Positions 28,895 to 37,846 of a DNA stretch of 41,071 nt are shown one piece after another. Position numbers and translations under genes: made by a program. The notes beneath the pieces are model-generated. The model was not told the origin of the DNA. It did not search any database and saw only the letters and a list, made by a program, of their open reading frames with translations. Numbering within the stretch: position 1 is the first letter of the stretch; each line of letters opens with the position of its first letter. The stretch is from sequence record SRR22947725_530; one strand, written 5' to 3'.

Positions 28895-29914
28895 TTGACA
28901 ATAAAGGCGAGCAGCCCGGCATTAGTTTCTGGCGCCACCCAAGAACTAGTAATTTCCTTCCCTGATAATAGGTTACTCATAGACCTATGTGGTGAATTCG
29001 ATAAAAATCTCTCTCAAGTAGAAGAAAATACAAACATTCAAATCGTGAGGCGTGGCAATGAGTTGACACTTATTGGTGAACAGCAACGTACATTAAGCGC
29101 TCAAAATACATTAAAGATTATGTATGATCGGTTAGAGCATGGCAAAGCGTTATTAACCCCGGACATTGAGGCAATATTTCGTTTTTCAAGCTCTAAAGAA
29201 AACTCTGAAATTCACAACGGTGATCAAATTGAAATGTTCTCAGCGGGTGGAGTAGAAATTCGAACTCGAAAAAAAACTGTAGAACCTCGCACGCCAACCC
29301 AGAAAAAATATATGGAACAGCTGTTTAAGCATGAGCTAGTTTTTGGGTTGGGACCAGCGGGGACTGGGAAAACTTACATGGCAGTTGCTGCAGCTGTATC
29401 AATGTTTATTGAAGGTCAAGTTGATCGAATTGTTTTATCACGTCCAGCTGTGGAAGCTGGGGAGCGTTTGGGTTTTTTGCCTGGAGATATGAAAGATAAA
29501 ATAGACCCATATATGCAACCGCTATATGATGCATTAAATGATTTTTTACCATCAAATCAGTTAGGAAAGCTTATAGAGGAAAAGAAAATTGAAATAGCTC
29601 CTTTAGCTTTCATGCGTGGGCGAACTTTAGCGAATGCATTTGTAGTACTTGATGAAGCCCAAAATGCCACAACTATGCAAATGAAAATGTTCTTAACTCG
29701 CATGGGTGAAGGTTCGAGAATGGCTATTACTGGAGATACTAGCCAAATTGATTTACCAAGAGGAGTACCGTCTGGTTTGGTTGAGGCTAAACATGTACTT
29801 AGAAATGTAAAAGGTATTGGTTTTATTGAATTTGATGCATCCGATGTAGTGCGCCATCCTATGGTCGCAAAAATTATTCGTGCATATGATGCAAATAAAA
29901 AGAAAAATGATTAA
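28895..29914 (+). CDS. phoH: PhoH family ATPase (YbeZ)
   Basis: GPAGTGKT, RPAVEAGE.LGFLPG, MRGRTL, DEAQN, GD.SQIDL. TTG start with GGAG upstream. Confidence 0.94.
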   Translation: MTIKASSPALVSGATQELVISFPDNRLLIDLCGEFDKNLSQVEENTNIQIVRRGNELTLIGEQQRTLSAQNTLKIMYDRLEHGKALLTPDIEAIFRFSSSKENSEIHNGDQIEMFSAGGVEIRTRKKTVEPRTPTQKKYMEQLFKHELVFGLGPAGTGKTYMAVAAAVSMFIEGQVDRIVLSRPAVEAGERLGFLPGDMKDKIDPYMQPLYDALNDFLPSNQLGKLIEEKKIEIAPLAFMRGRTLANAFVVLDEAQNATTMQMKMFLTRMGEGSRMAITGDTSQIDLPRGVPSGLVEAKHVLRNVKGIGFIEFDASDVVRHPMVAKIIRAYDANKKKND

Positions 29915-30404
29915 CATTGCAGATATAGTAATTGAAGACAAACGATGGTCTGATTTTGGCATACAAGATCTTGCAGATCGTACATTTAGTATTGTTTTTG
30001 ATGTTTTAAACTTATCTAAAAAATGGGAAATAAGTATACTTGCATGTAATGATGCAAAAATAATTGAATTAAATTCTACATTTAGGGACAAACCTATCGC
30101 AACTAATGTGCTTTCATGGCCTGCTCATAACCTAAAATCCGATTTTATTGGTAAAACACCAAATAAACCTATACTGAGTGATATCGAAGAAAATCTTCTA
30201 GGAGATATAGCTATTTCTTTTGATACATGCGAACGCGAAGCAGCTGAGAGCAATCTTGATTTCAAAGATCATACCACGCATTTATTAGTGCATGGTTGTT
30301 TGCATTTGTTAAATTATGATCATATTAATGATTTAGATGCATTAATAATGGAAAAACTGGAAACGCAATTACTAAAAGTAATGGGAATAGCTGATCCTTA
30401 TTAA
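29907..30404 (+). CDS. ybeY: rRNA maturation RNase YbeY
   Basis: LN.TFRDKP.ATNVLSWP, LGDI, HGCLHLLNYDH metal motif. Start ATG 29907 overlaps the phoH end. Confidence 0.94.
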   Translation: MINIADIVIEDKRWSDFGIQDLADRTFSIVFDVLNLSKKWEISILACNDAKIIELNSTFRDKPIATNVLSWPAHNLKSDFIGKTPNKPILSDIEENLLGDIAISFDTCEREAAESNLDFKDHTTHLLVHGCLHLLNYDHINDLDALIMEKLETQLLKVMGIADPY

Positions 30405-30441
30405 GAGAATGAATTAATTGCCAAAATTTTGGAAAGGACCA

Positions 30442-31299
30442 ATGGGCGAGATAAAAAAAGGGAGTTTAAATGTGACGCAAGGCGCACAAATATCCCAGAA
30501 AAATGTTCAAAGTGGATTTTTTAAACGCTTATTAAGTGGCCTTGAAACATCTAAAGATTTGACCAATCAAAATGAAACGTCTCTTCCTGATGAAGGTATT
30601 TCAAAGCTAAAGACTTTGAGGGTGGAAGATGTAGCTATCCCACGAGCTGACATAGTAAGTGTTTCATCGGAACTTAATTCAGATGTTTTAATAAAAGAAT
30701 TTCGTGAAAGTGGGTATTCAAGATTACCAGTTTTTGAAGACACTTTAGATAACCCGATAGGGATGGTTCATTTAAAAGATTTGGCTCTCAAATATATATT
30801 TGATGATAAATCGGAAGCTTTCAATTTTGTTGAATTAGTTCGACCGGTATTATTTGTCCCTCCATCAATGCCCTTAGATGTATTATTACAAAAAATGCAA
30901 ACTGAACGTACCCATATGGCTTTAGTTGTTGATGAATATGGTGGTGTTGATGGTTTGGCCACAATTGAAGATTTGGTTGAACAGCTTGTTGGCAATATTT
31001 CAGATGAGCATGATACAGATGACGATGCTACTTGGTTTGAAGTAAAAACTGGTGTTTATATTTGCCAATCAAGAGCACCATTGGAAGAATTTGAAAAAGT
31101 TTTGGGGGTTGATTTAGCCTCTGATACTGACGATGAGGAAATTGAAACAATGGGAGGGCTAGTTTTTATGATGACTGGTCGAGTTCCAGTTAGAGGTGAA
31201 GTAATATCTCATCCCTCAGGATATGATTTCGAAGTTATCGAAGCAGATCCACGGCGCATTAAAAGGTTGCGGGTTTATCAAAAATTACAAAAAAAATAG
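30442..31299 (+). CDS. CBS-CorC_HlyC domain protein (CorC/YbeX-like)
   Basis: SGYSRLPV, VVDEYGGVDGL.TIEDL, DEHD, and a C-terminal transporter-associated domain. Conserved ybeY-corC-lnt order. Confidence 0.9.
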   Translation: MGEIKKGSLNVTQGAQISQKNVQSGFFKRLLSGLETSKDLTNQNETSLPDEGISKLKTLRVEDVAIPRADIVSVSSELNSDVLIKEFRESGYSRLPVFEDTLDNPIGMVHLKDLALKYIFDDKSEAFNFVELVRPVLFVPPSMPLDVLLQKMQTERTHMALVVDEYGGVDGLATIEDLVEQLVGNISDEHDTDDDATWFEVKTGVYICQSRAPLEEFEKVLGVDLASDTDDEEIETMGGLVFMMTGRVPVRGEVISHPSGYDFEVIEADPRRIKRLRVYQKLQKK

Positions 31300-31309
31300 G
31301 TAATAGTTT

Positions 31310-32827
31310 ATGTTAGAAGCCTATTTAATGACTCGAAAAAAGTGGATGCGTTGCTTTGTTTTTTTCTCGCTTGGCTTTATTATGGCTTTAGCTCAAGCAC
31401 CCTTTGATTTCAGCGTAGTTTATTTTTTTGTATTACCATTTTTGGGTTTCTTTATACGGGATTTAAAAGATAAAAAAACTGCTTTTAAGATTGGCTGGTG
31501 GACAGGTTTTGGATATTTCGGATTTACTATAATATGGATCATTGAACCTTTCTTGGTTGAGCCAAAAATAACTGGATGGATTGCACCATTTGCCTTATTA
31601 ATGATGGCTGGTGGTTTGGCTATATTCTGGGCATTGTCATTTTATGTTGCTACTTGGTTAACAACAGAAGGTAAAATTCGTATTATTTTATTGGCATTAT
31701 CATGGACATTTTTTGAATATTTAAGGTCATTTATTTTTACTGGTTTTCCATGGGGACATTTAAGTTATGGATTGCTTGGAATACCTATGATTCAAATGGT
31801 TGCTTGGGTCGGCGCTCATGGATTAGGTGCTATACTATTAATAGTTTGTTTTATACCAGTAATTTGTGCTCCTAAAATAAAAATCGGTTATGCAATAATG
31901 TTAAGTATTTTATTTGGACTTAATATTATTGGGGCTTGGAGATCCAATAATATAATTTTGGATAATCCTGAAAATATTATTGTTCGAGTTATTCAACCCA
32001 ATGCCACACAAAACTTAAAGTGGCGCACTGATATGAAACATGTTTTCTACCAAAGGCAATTAGACTTTACCGGAGCTAAAAATACTAAATCCCCTAATGT
32101 AGTTATTTGGCCTGAGACAGCAATATCTAAATTACTAAAAGATAGTGATGTCATGATTGAAGAAATTTCAAATACAGCTGGTTCTAAAGCGTCTGTAATT
32201 TTGGGAATTGTTCGTAAGGAAAATAATAAATCAAGAAATTCATTAGTACTAATAAATGAACAAGGAGATTTAAGTGCAATATTTGATAAGCAACATTTAG
32301 TTCCATTTGGGGAGTATATGCCAATGGCTAATCTTTTAAAAAATATTGGCCTATCAAATCTAATTGGTCTTGCTGGTAATTTTGAGCCTGGGAATCGTTC
32401 AAGAATCATTAATGCAAAAAATATTCCAAAATTTTTAGCTTTGATTTGTTATGAAGCAATATTTCCAAATTATTCAAATGAGATTAAAAACCGACCTGAT
32501 TGGATTGTTCAAATAACAAATGATGCTTGGTTTGGAAACTTTTCAGGACCATACCAACATTTGGCACAAGCTAGAATTAGAGCAATTGAACAAGGATTAC
32601 CATTTGTTCGTTCTGCAAACACTGGAATAAGTGCAATGATAGATCCTTATGGGCGTGTTTTAAATAAAATAGAACTGGAGGCTTCTGGATATTTTGATGC
32701 CGCACTTCCATCTAAAATACAACCAACGCCGTACTCAAAATTTGGAGAATTATTTTTAGCTCTGTTTTGTGGATTATTACTATTGGCTTGTTTTGCAAAC
32801 ATGTATAGAAAACGTAATATAGAATAA
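31310..32827 (+). CDS. lnt: Apolipoprotein N-acyltransferase
   Basis: TGFPW, WPET, KQHLVPFGEY, ICYE, TNDAWFG, RSANTGIS (E-K-C triad). Confidence 0.96.
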   Translation: MLEAYLMTRKKWMRCFVFFSLGFIMALAQAPFDFSVVYFFVLPFLGFFIRDLKDKKTAFKIGWWTGFGYFGFTIIWIIEPFLVEPKITGWIAPFALLMMAGGLAIFWALSFYVATWLTTEGKIRIILLALSWTFFEYLRSFIFTGFPWGHLSYGLLGIPMIQMVAWVGAHGLGAILLIVCFIPVICAPKIKIGYAIMLSILFGLNIIGAWRSNNIILDNPENIIVRVIQPNATQNLKWRTDMKHVFYQRQLDFTGAKNTKSPNVVIWPETAISKLLKDSDVMIEEISNTAGSKASVILGIVRKENNKSRNSLVLINEQGDLSAIFDKQHLVPFGEYMPMANLLKNIGLSNLIGLAGNFEPGNRSRIINAKNIPKFLALICYEAIFPNYSNEIKNRPDWIVQITNDAWFGNFSGPYQHLAQARIRAIEQGLPFVRSANTGISAMIDPYGRVLNKIELEASGYFDAALPSKIQPTPYSKFGELFLALFCGLLLLACFANMYRKRNIE

Positions 32828-32853
32828 CAATATCATAATGATATTAATTTAAT

Positions 32854-32897
32854 GCTTACAACGGCTACCTGAAGTAAGTTGATATAAAAACGGAGCA
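32854..32897 (+). ncRNA. SAM/SAH riboswitch (variant) in the metK leader
   Basis: P1 GCTTAC(32854-59)/GTAAGT(32874-79) closes the loop AACGGCTACCTGAA. Loop GCT(A)CC can pseudoknot with the RBS GGAGC (32892-96). Matches the Rhodobacterales SAM-SAH motif CAACGGCUUCCUG..GUG...GGAGC, located immediately before metK. Confidence 0.88.
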
Positions 32898-32901
32898 AAT
32901 T

Positions 32902-34068
32902 ATGTCAAGAAAAGATTACCTATTTACCTCTGAGTCAGTTTCAGAAGGGCATCCAGATAAAATATGCGACAGAATTTCTGATGCAGTACTAGATGCGTTC
33001 TTAAGTGAGGAAGAAATGGCTCGTGTTGCCTGTGAAACTTTTGCAACAACAAATCGTGTTGTAATTGGAGGAGAGGTTGGGCTAGCAGATCAGTCAAAAT
33101 TAAAATTAGTAAAATCAAATGTAGATTCTATAGTTCGAGAATGTGTAAAAGACATTGGATACGAACAAGATGGTTTCCATTGGGAAACATTACATATTGA
33201 TAATTTACTACATGACCAATCAGCTCATATCGCCCAAGGTGTTGATAATGATGGTGCAGGTGACCAAGGCATAATGTTTGGTTATGCAACCAATGAAACA
33301 CCAGAATTAATGCCAGCGCCGATACAATATTCACATGCGATTTTAAGTAATTTAGCTGAAGCTAGGCATTCTGGGGCACTATCGCAACTAGGACCAGATG
33401 CAAAATCTCAAATATCTGTAAAGTATGAAGATGGTAAGCCAGTCGGTGTTACATCTATTGTATTATCAACACAGCATTTAGATGAAAATCTATCATCTGC
33501 TGATGTTCGAGAACTAGTTGAGCCATATATTCGCAAAACATTACCAACTGATTGGATTTCAAAAGATACTGAATGGCACGTGAACCCTACTGGTAAATTT
33601 GTTATTGGTGGTCCTGATGGAGATGCAGGATTAACGGGGCGTAAAATTATTGTTGATACTTATGGTGGTGCTGCTCCACATGGCGGCGGCGCATTTTCTG
33701 GAAAAGACCCAACAAAAGTAGATCGTTCAGCTGCGTATGCTGCACGCTATTTAGCAAAAAATGTTGTAGCAGCAGGCCTTGCCGATAAGTGCACAATTCA
33801 ATTATCATATGCAATTGGTGTTTCAAAGCCACTTTCAATATATTGTGATACTCATGGAACTGGCCAGGTATCAGATGAAAATATTGAAAAAGCTGTATCG
33901 CTTGCAATGGATTTAACACCTGTAGGTATAATCAAACATTTAAGCCTTCGAAAGCCGATATACGCTAGAACTGCATCATATGGACACTTTGGACGTGCAC
34001 CAATGAATGATGGTGGTTTCTCTTGGGAAAAAACAGATTTGATGAATGCATTAAAGAAGTCTGTTTGA
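32902..34068 (+). CDS. metK: S-adenosylmethionine synthetase
   Basis: [33 protein letters not shown]. Confidence 0.99.
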   Translation: MSRKDYLFTSESVSEGHPDKICDRISDAVLDAFLSEEEMARVACETFATTNRVVIGGEVGLADQSKLKLVKSNVDSIVRECVKDIGYEQDGFHWETLHIDNLLHDQSAHIAQGVDNDGAGDQGIMFGYATNETPELMPAPIQYSHAILSNLAEARHSGALSQLGPDAKSQISVKYEDGKPVGVTSIVLSTQHLDENLSSADVRELVEPYIRKTLPTDWISKDTEWHVNPTGKFVIGGPDGDAGLTGRKIIVDTYGGAAPHGGGAFSGKDPTKVDRSAAYAARYLAKNVVAAGLADKCTIQLSYAIGVSKPLSIYCDTHGTGQVSDENIEKAVSLAMDLTPVGIIKHLSLRKPIYARTASYGHFGRAPMNDGGFSWEKTDLMNALKKSV

Positions 34069-34089
34069 CGTATCATACCAATCAAAGTT

Positions 34090-34119
34090 AAAAAGCCTCA
34101 ATTTTATTGAGGCTTTTTT
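34090..34119 (+). terminator. Intrinsic terminator after metK
   Basis: AAAAAGCCTCAAT-TTT-ATTGAGGCTTTTT stem ending in a T-run. Confidence 0.8.
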
Positions 34120-34131
34120 AGGGTAAATATT

Positions 34132-34854
34132 ATGACGAAACGCGAAAAACATGTTTCTGGTGCGCCTCGGAGGAATTTTTATGGCCGAATTAAAGGTAAA
34201 TCCCTTCAAAAATCACAAGAAAGATACATGTCTGAAGATCTTGAGGCTCTCAAACCTAAGGATGTCACTTGGGCAGATAATCCTGATAGAAATTTAATTC
34301 ATCCGCGTGAGTGGTTTGAAGATGATCGTGAAATATGGCTTGAAATTGGATTTGGGGGAGGTGAGCATCTTGTTCATCAGGCAAGCTCCAACCCTGATAA
34401 AGGTATAATTGGTTGTGAGCCATATATCAATGGAGTTGCCATGTTATTGGGCAAAATTCGATCTGCAAAAGTTAATAATATTATAGTTCATCCTGGTGAT
34501 GCTAGAGACATGATGGATATATTACCAAAAGAGACCATATCGCGTGCATTTTTATTATATCCTGATCCATGGCCTAAAACGCGCCATCATAGAAGGCGCT
34601 TTGTAACACCAGAACATCTTGAACCTTTAGCTGCATGCTTAAAATCAGGTGCAATTTTTAGAGTTGCTACAGATATTGAGGACTACGTAAGGCAAACACT
34701 TGAAGAGGTTCATTTAAATGGAAATTTTGAATGGCTTGCTGAAAGTGCAAGTGATTGGAAGCAGCCATGGGATGATTGGATTTCTACAAGATATGAACTT
34801 AAAGCTTTGCGTGAAAATCGTACGCCACATTATTTAACGTTCAGAAAAATATAA
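34132..34854 (+). CDS. trmB: tRNA (guanine-N7)-methyltransferase
   Basis: LEIGFGGGEH, GCEPY, YPDPWPK.RH..RR, ATD, TRYE.K. Confidence 0.96.
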   Translation: MTKREKHVSGAPRRNFYGRIKGKSLQKSQERYMSEDLEALKPKDVTWADNPDRNLIHPREWFEDDREIWLEIGFGGGEHLVHQASSNPDKGIIGCEPYINGVAMLLGKIRSAKVNNIIVHPGDARDMMDILPKETISRAFLLYPDPWPKTRHHRRRFVTPEHLEPLAACLKSGAIFRVATDIEDYVRQTLEEVHLNGNFEWLAESASDWKQPWDDWISTRYELKALRENRTPHYLTFRKI

Positions 34855-34960
34855 CTTAGCCATTAAATATTATAACGCAGTAAATACTTTTATATTAATT
34901 TCTTAATGGACGCTTTAAGAGATCTGGATTAATACAAAAGCCTTAATTAGGAGATAATTT

Positions 34961-36298
34961 ATGTCAGGCCATCCAACACCCATTCCTATGGCATCTCAGT
35001 CTGCTGGTCCATTAAAGGGAACTGCAGTTATTCCTGGTGATAAATCGGTTTCTCATAGGTCACTTATATTAGGTGCATTGTCAGTGGGCGAAACCAAGAT
35101 ATCAGGATTATTGTTAGGCCAAGATGTATTAGACACTGCTCGAGCAATGGCTGCTTTTGGGGCCAGAGTCATTGACCATGGTGAGGGAAATTGGTCAGTA
35201 AATGGTGTTGGAGTCGGTGGATTCTCTGAACCCGAAGATATCATTGATTGTGGTAATGCTGGCACAGGTGTTCGGCTAATTATGGGTGCAATGTCTACAA
35301 GCCCTATTAATGCTACTTTTACTGGTGATGCTAGTTTGCGATCAAGACCAATGGGGAGGATTACAGATCCATTAGAATTATTTGGAGCTAAATCGTATGG
35401 AAGATCTAAAGGATTTTTACCCTTAACTATGGTTGGTGCTAGAGATGCGCATGGTATAAACTATACTTCTCCGCATCCATCTGCCCAAATTAAATCTGCC
35501 ATATTGCTTGCGGGTTTAAATTCATTAGGAGAAACTACATTAATTGAACCAGAAAAAACACGTGACCATTCTGAACGAATGTTAAGAGGATTTGGTGCTA
35601 ATATTGAGACAGTTGAAACTAAAAATGGTTTTGAAATTACGTTGGAAGGTCGTCCAGAATTGATTGCTCAAAACATTGCCGTTCCGTGTGATCCGTCCTC
35701 TGCGGCATTTCCTGTATGCGCGGCATTAATAGTAGAAGGATCTGAAATATTTCTTCCTAATATTGGTTTAAATCCTACTCGTTCAGGTTTGTTTACAACA
35801 CTTGTTGAGATGGGGGCTGATATTGTATTTGAAAATAATCGCCTGGAGGGTGGTGAGCCAGTCGCTGACTTACGTGTGAGGGCATCAAGTCTAGATGGTA
35901 TTGAAGTTCCTTCAGACAGAGCGCCTTCGATGATTGATGAATATCCCATACTATCTGTTGTTGCTGCTTTTGCTTCAGGCAAAACAATAATGCGTGGAAT
36001 TAAAGAATTGCGTGTTAAAGAGTGTGATCGAATAGACGCTATGGCCCGTGGCCTTGAGGCTATGGGTGTTAAAATTGAAGAAGGTGAAGATTATTTAATA
36101 GTACATGGCCAGAACGGTGAAGTTGAAGGAGGTGGTATAGCGCAAACTCATCTTGACCATCGCATTGCTATGTCATTTTTATGTATGGGTTTAGCCTCAA
36201 AAAAATCTGTAAAAGTTGATGATGGACACGCTATTGCAACATCATTCCCAATTTTTACAAATTTAATGAGTGATTTAGGTGCTCATATTACTAGTTAA
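34961..36298 (+). CDS. aroA: 3-phosphoshikimate 1-carboxyvinyltransferase (EPSP synthase, class II-type motifs)
   Basis: [47 protein letters not shown]. Confidence 0.97.
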   Translation: MSGHPTPIPMASQSAGPLKGTAVIPGDKSVSHRSLILGALSVGETKISGLLLGQDVLDTARAMAAFGARVIDHGEGNWSVNGVGVGGFSEPEDIIDCGNAGTGVRLIMGAMSTSPINATFTGDASLRSRPMGRITDPLELFGAKSYGRSKGFLPLTMVGARDAHGINYTSPHPSAQIKSAILLAGLNSLGETTLIEPEKTRDHSERMLRGFGANIETVETKNGFEITLEGRPELIAQNIAVPCDPSSAAFPVCAALIVEGSEIFLPNIGLNPTRSGLFTTLVEMGADIVFENNRLEGGEPVADLRVRASSLDGIEVPSDRAPSMIDEYPILSVVAAFASGKTIMRGIKELRVKECDRIDAMARGLEAMGVKIEEGEDYLIVHGQNGEVEGGGIAQTHLDHRIAMSFLCMGLASKKSVKVDDGHAIATSFPIFTNLMSDLGAHITS

Positions 36299-36314
36299 TT
36301 TCAAAGGATTTTAG

Positions 36315-36962
36315 ATGAAATTTGTAGTAGCAATAGATGGGCCAGCCGCAGCAGGCAAAGGTACTATAGCAAAAGCGATAGCAAATCACTTTAAGCTTTC
36401 CCACCTTGATACTGGATTATTGTATCGTGGTGTAGGGAGAAAGGCTTTGGCTTATTCAAGAACTTCATACTACCCTGAAGTTGCCAAACAATTAGCACTG
36501 GATTTAAAGTCATCAGATTTAGAATCGAGTGAATTGCGTAAACCTGAAATAGCAGAAGCAGCAAGTAAAGTTGCATTAATACCAGAAGTTCGAGAGGTCC
36601 TATTGGATTTTCAACGCAGTTTTGCAAATCAAGATGGTGGAGCTATATTAGATGGAAGAGATATAGGTACAGTTATATGTCCTAATGCAGATGTTAAATT
36701 ATTTGTGACTGCTAGTGCAGAAGTTCGAGCTCAGCGTAGATATCAAGAATTAATAAGTAGTGGACATGAGATTGGTTTAGAAAATGTATTAAAGGATGTA
36801 ATTTCACGGGATAAGAGAGATGCAGAACGAACTTCATCCCCATTAATTATCGCTCATGATGCAATAAAAATAGACACGTCCTCTCTGTCAATTAAAGATG
36901 CTGTTTGGGTTGCAATTAATTGCATAAATGAGAAATACAAGGCTGCATCTTTATTAAAATAA
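36315..36962 (+). CDS. cmk: Cytidylate kinase
   Basis: [35 protein letters not shown]. Confidence 0.96.
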   Translation: MKFVVAIDGPAAAGKGTIAKAIANHFKLSHLDTGLLYRGVGRKALAYSRTSYYPEVAKQLALDLKSSDLESSELRKPEIAEAASKVALIPEVREVLLDFQRSFANQDGGAILDGRDIGTVICPNADVKLFVTASAEVRAQRRYQELISSGHEIGLENVLKDVISRDKRDAERTSSPLIIAHDAIKIDTSSLSIKDAVWVAINCINEKYKAASLLK

Positions 36963-37031
36963 ATTTGAAAATACTATGCAATCTTGCTAAACAAAGTAAG
37001 CATGATTTTTATATTACTTGGGAGGGTGAGA

Positions 37032-37541
37032 TTGAAAGTTCTGTATTTTTTGCTTGGATTCCTGATATCAATACTTCCGTTAAAAGCTGAGGAAATTCAT
37101 CAAAGCCCTATGGTTTTTGAGGAATGCTCTAACAAAACCAATATTTTGATAAGTTTTCAACTATCACTAGAAAAATATAAATTAGATGGTGAAAAGTATA
37201 ATGATGAATATAAAACTCACATACTAGAATTAGATCACTTGGAAAAAAGAGTAAAAAAACTTGAAAAAGAGGTAATAGCAAACCCATCAAATGCAGAATT
37301 CTGGGATAATTACGATGCTATTTATGAAACTTATAAAGGTACAGTAATAAAAATAAACCAATTCGAAGAATATGGTGATCAATTGCAGTTAGACTCTAAT
37401 CAATTGATGTCTAAGTTTGTAAATTTGAGGGACGAGATTTCAGAGAATTGTGATGGTAAATGGCAAATTGGGATCATTAGGAAATATTGTAAAAATGGTA
37501 ATGATCAATTTTTACAATTTTGCAAACAATTTGATAAGTAA
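37032..37541 (+). CDS. Hypothetical secreted helical/coiled-coil protein (169 aa, 4 Cys)
   Basis: TTG at 37032 with GGAGG 6 nt upstream. Signal peptide KVLYFLLGFLISILPLKA. Long open frame between cmk and rpsA. Confidence 0.72.
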   Translation: MKVLYFLLGFLISILPLKAEEIHQSPMVFEECSNKTNILISFQLSLEKYKLDGEKYNDEYKTHILELDHLEKRVKKLEKEVIANPSNAEFWDNYDAIYETYKGTVIKINQFEEYGDQLQLDSNQLMSKFVNLRDEISENCDGKWQIGIIRKYCKNGNDQFLQFCKQFDK

Positions 37542-37721
37542 CAATTTATGATTAGTTAACTATTAGAAATACGTTTAATTCAACTATATTTTAAAACTTT
37601 GAGATGAGTTTGAAACGAGGCTGAATTTAAAGCGTAATCACTTTACCTTATGTACAAAATACCCTATACGCACGCCAGATTGTGCTAAGTTAAGATGTTA
37701 TAAAGCATCAATAGGCGAAGC

Positions 37722-37821
37722 AAGGCTGGGTATTTCCAGCCTTTTGTGTGTTTGTAGCTGACCCTTGTTAAGTATGATTTTAATTTTAACCCAAAGACCC
37801 GTGGGAAAAACCGCGCGGCCC
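37722..37821 (+). promoter_or_regulatory. Structured rpsA 5' leader
   Basis: Two locally GC-rich hairpins in an AT-rich background: AAGGCTGG/CCAGCCTT (37722-37743) and CGTGG-GAAAAA-CCGCG (37800-37815). Confidence 0.55.
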
Positions 37822-37846
37822 GAAAAATGTATGAAGGAACTTATAT

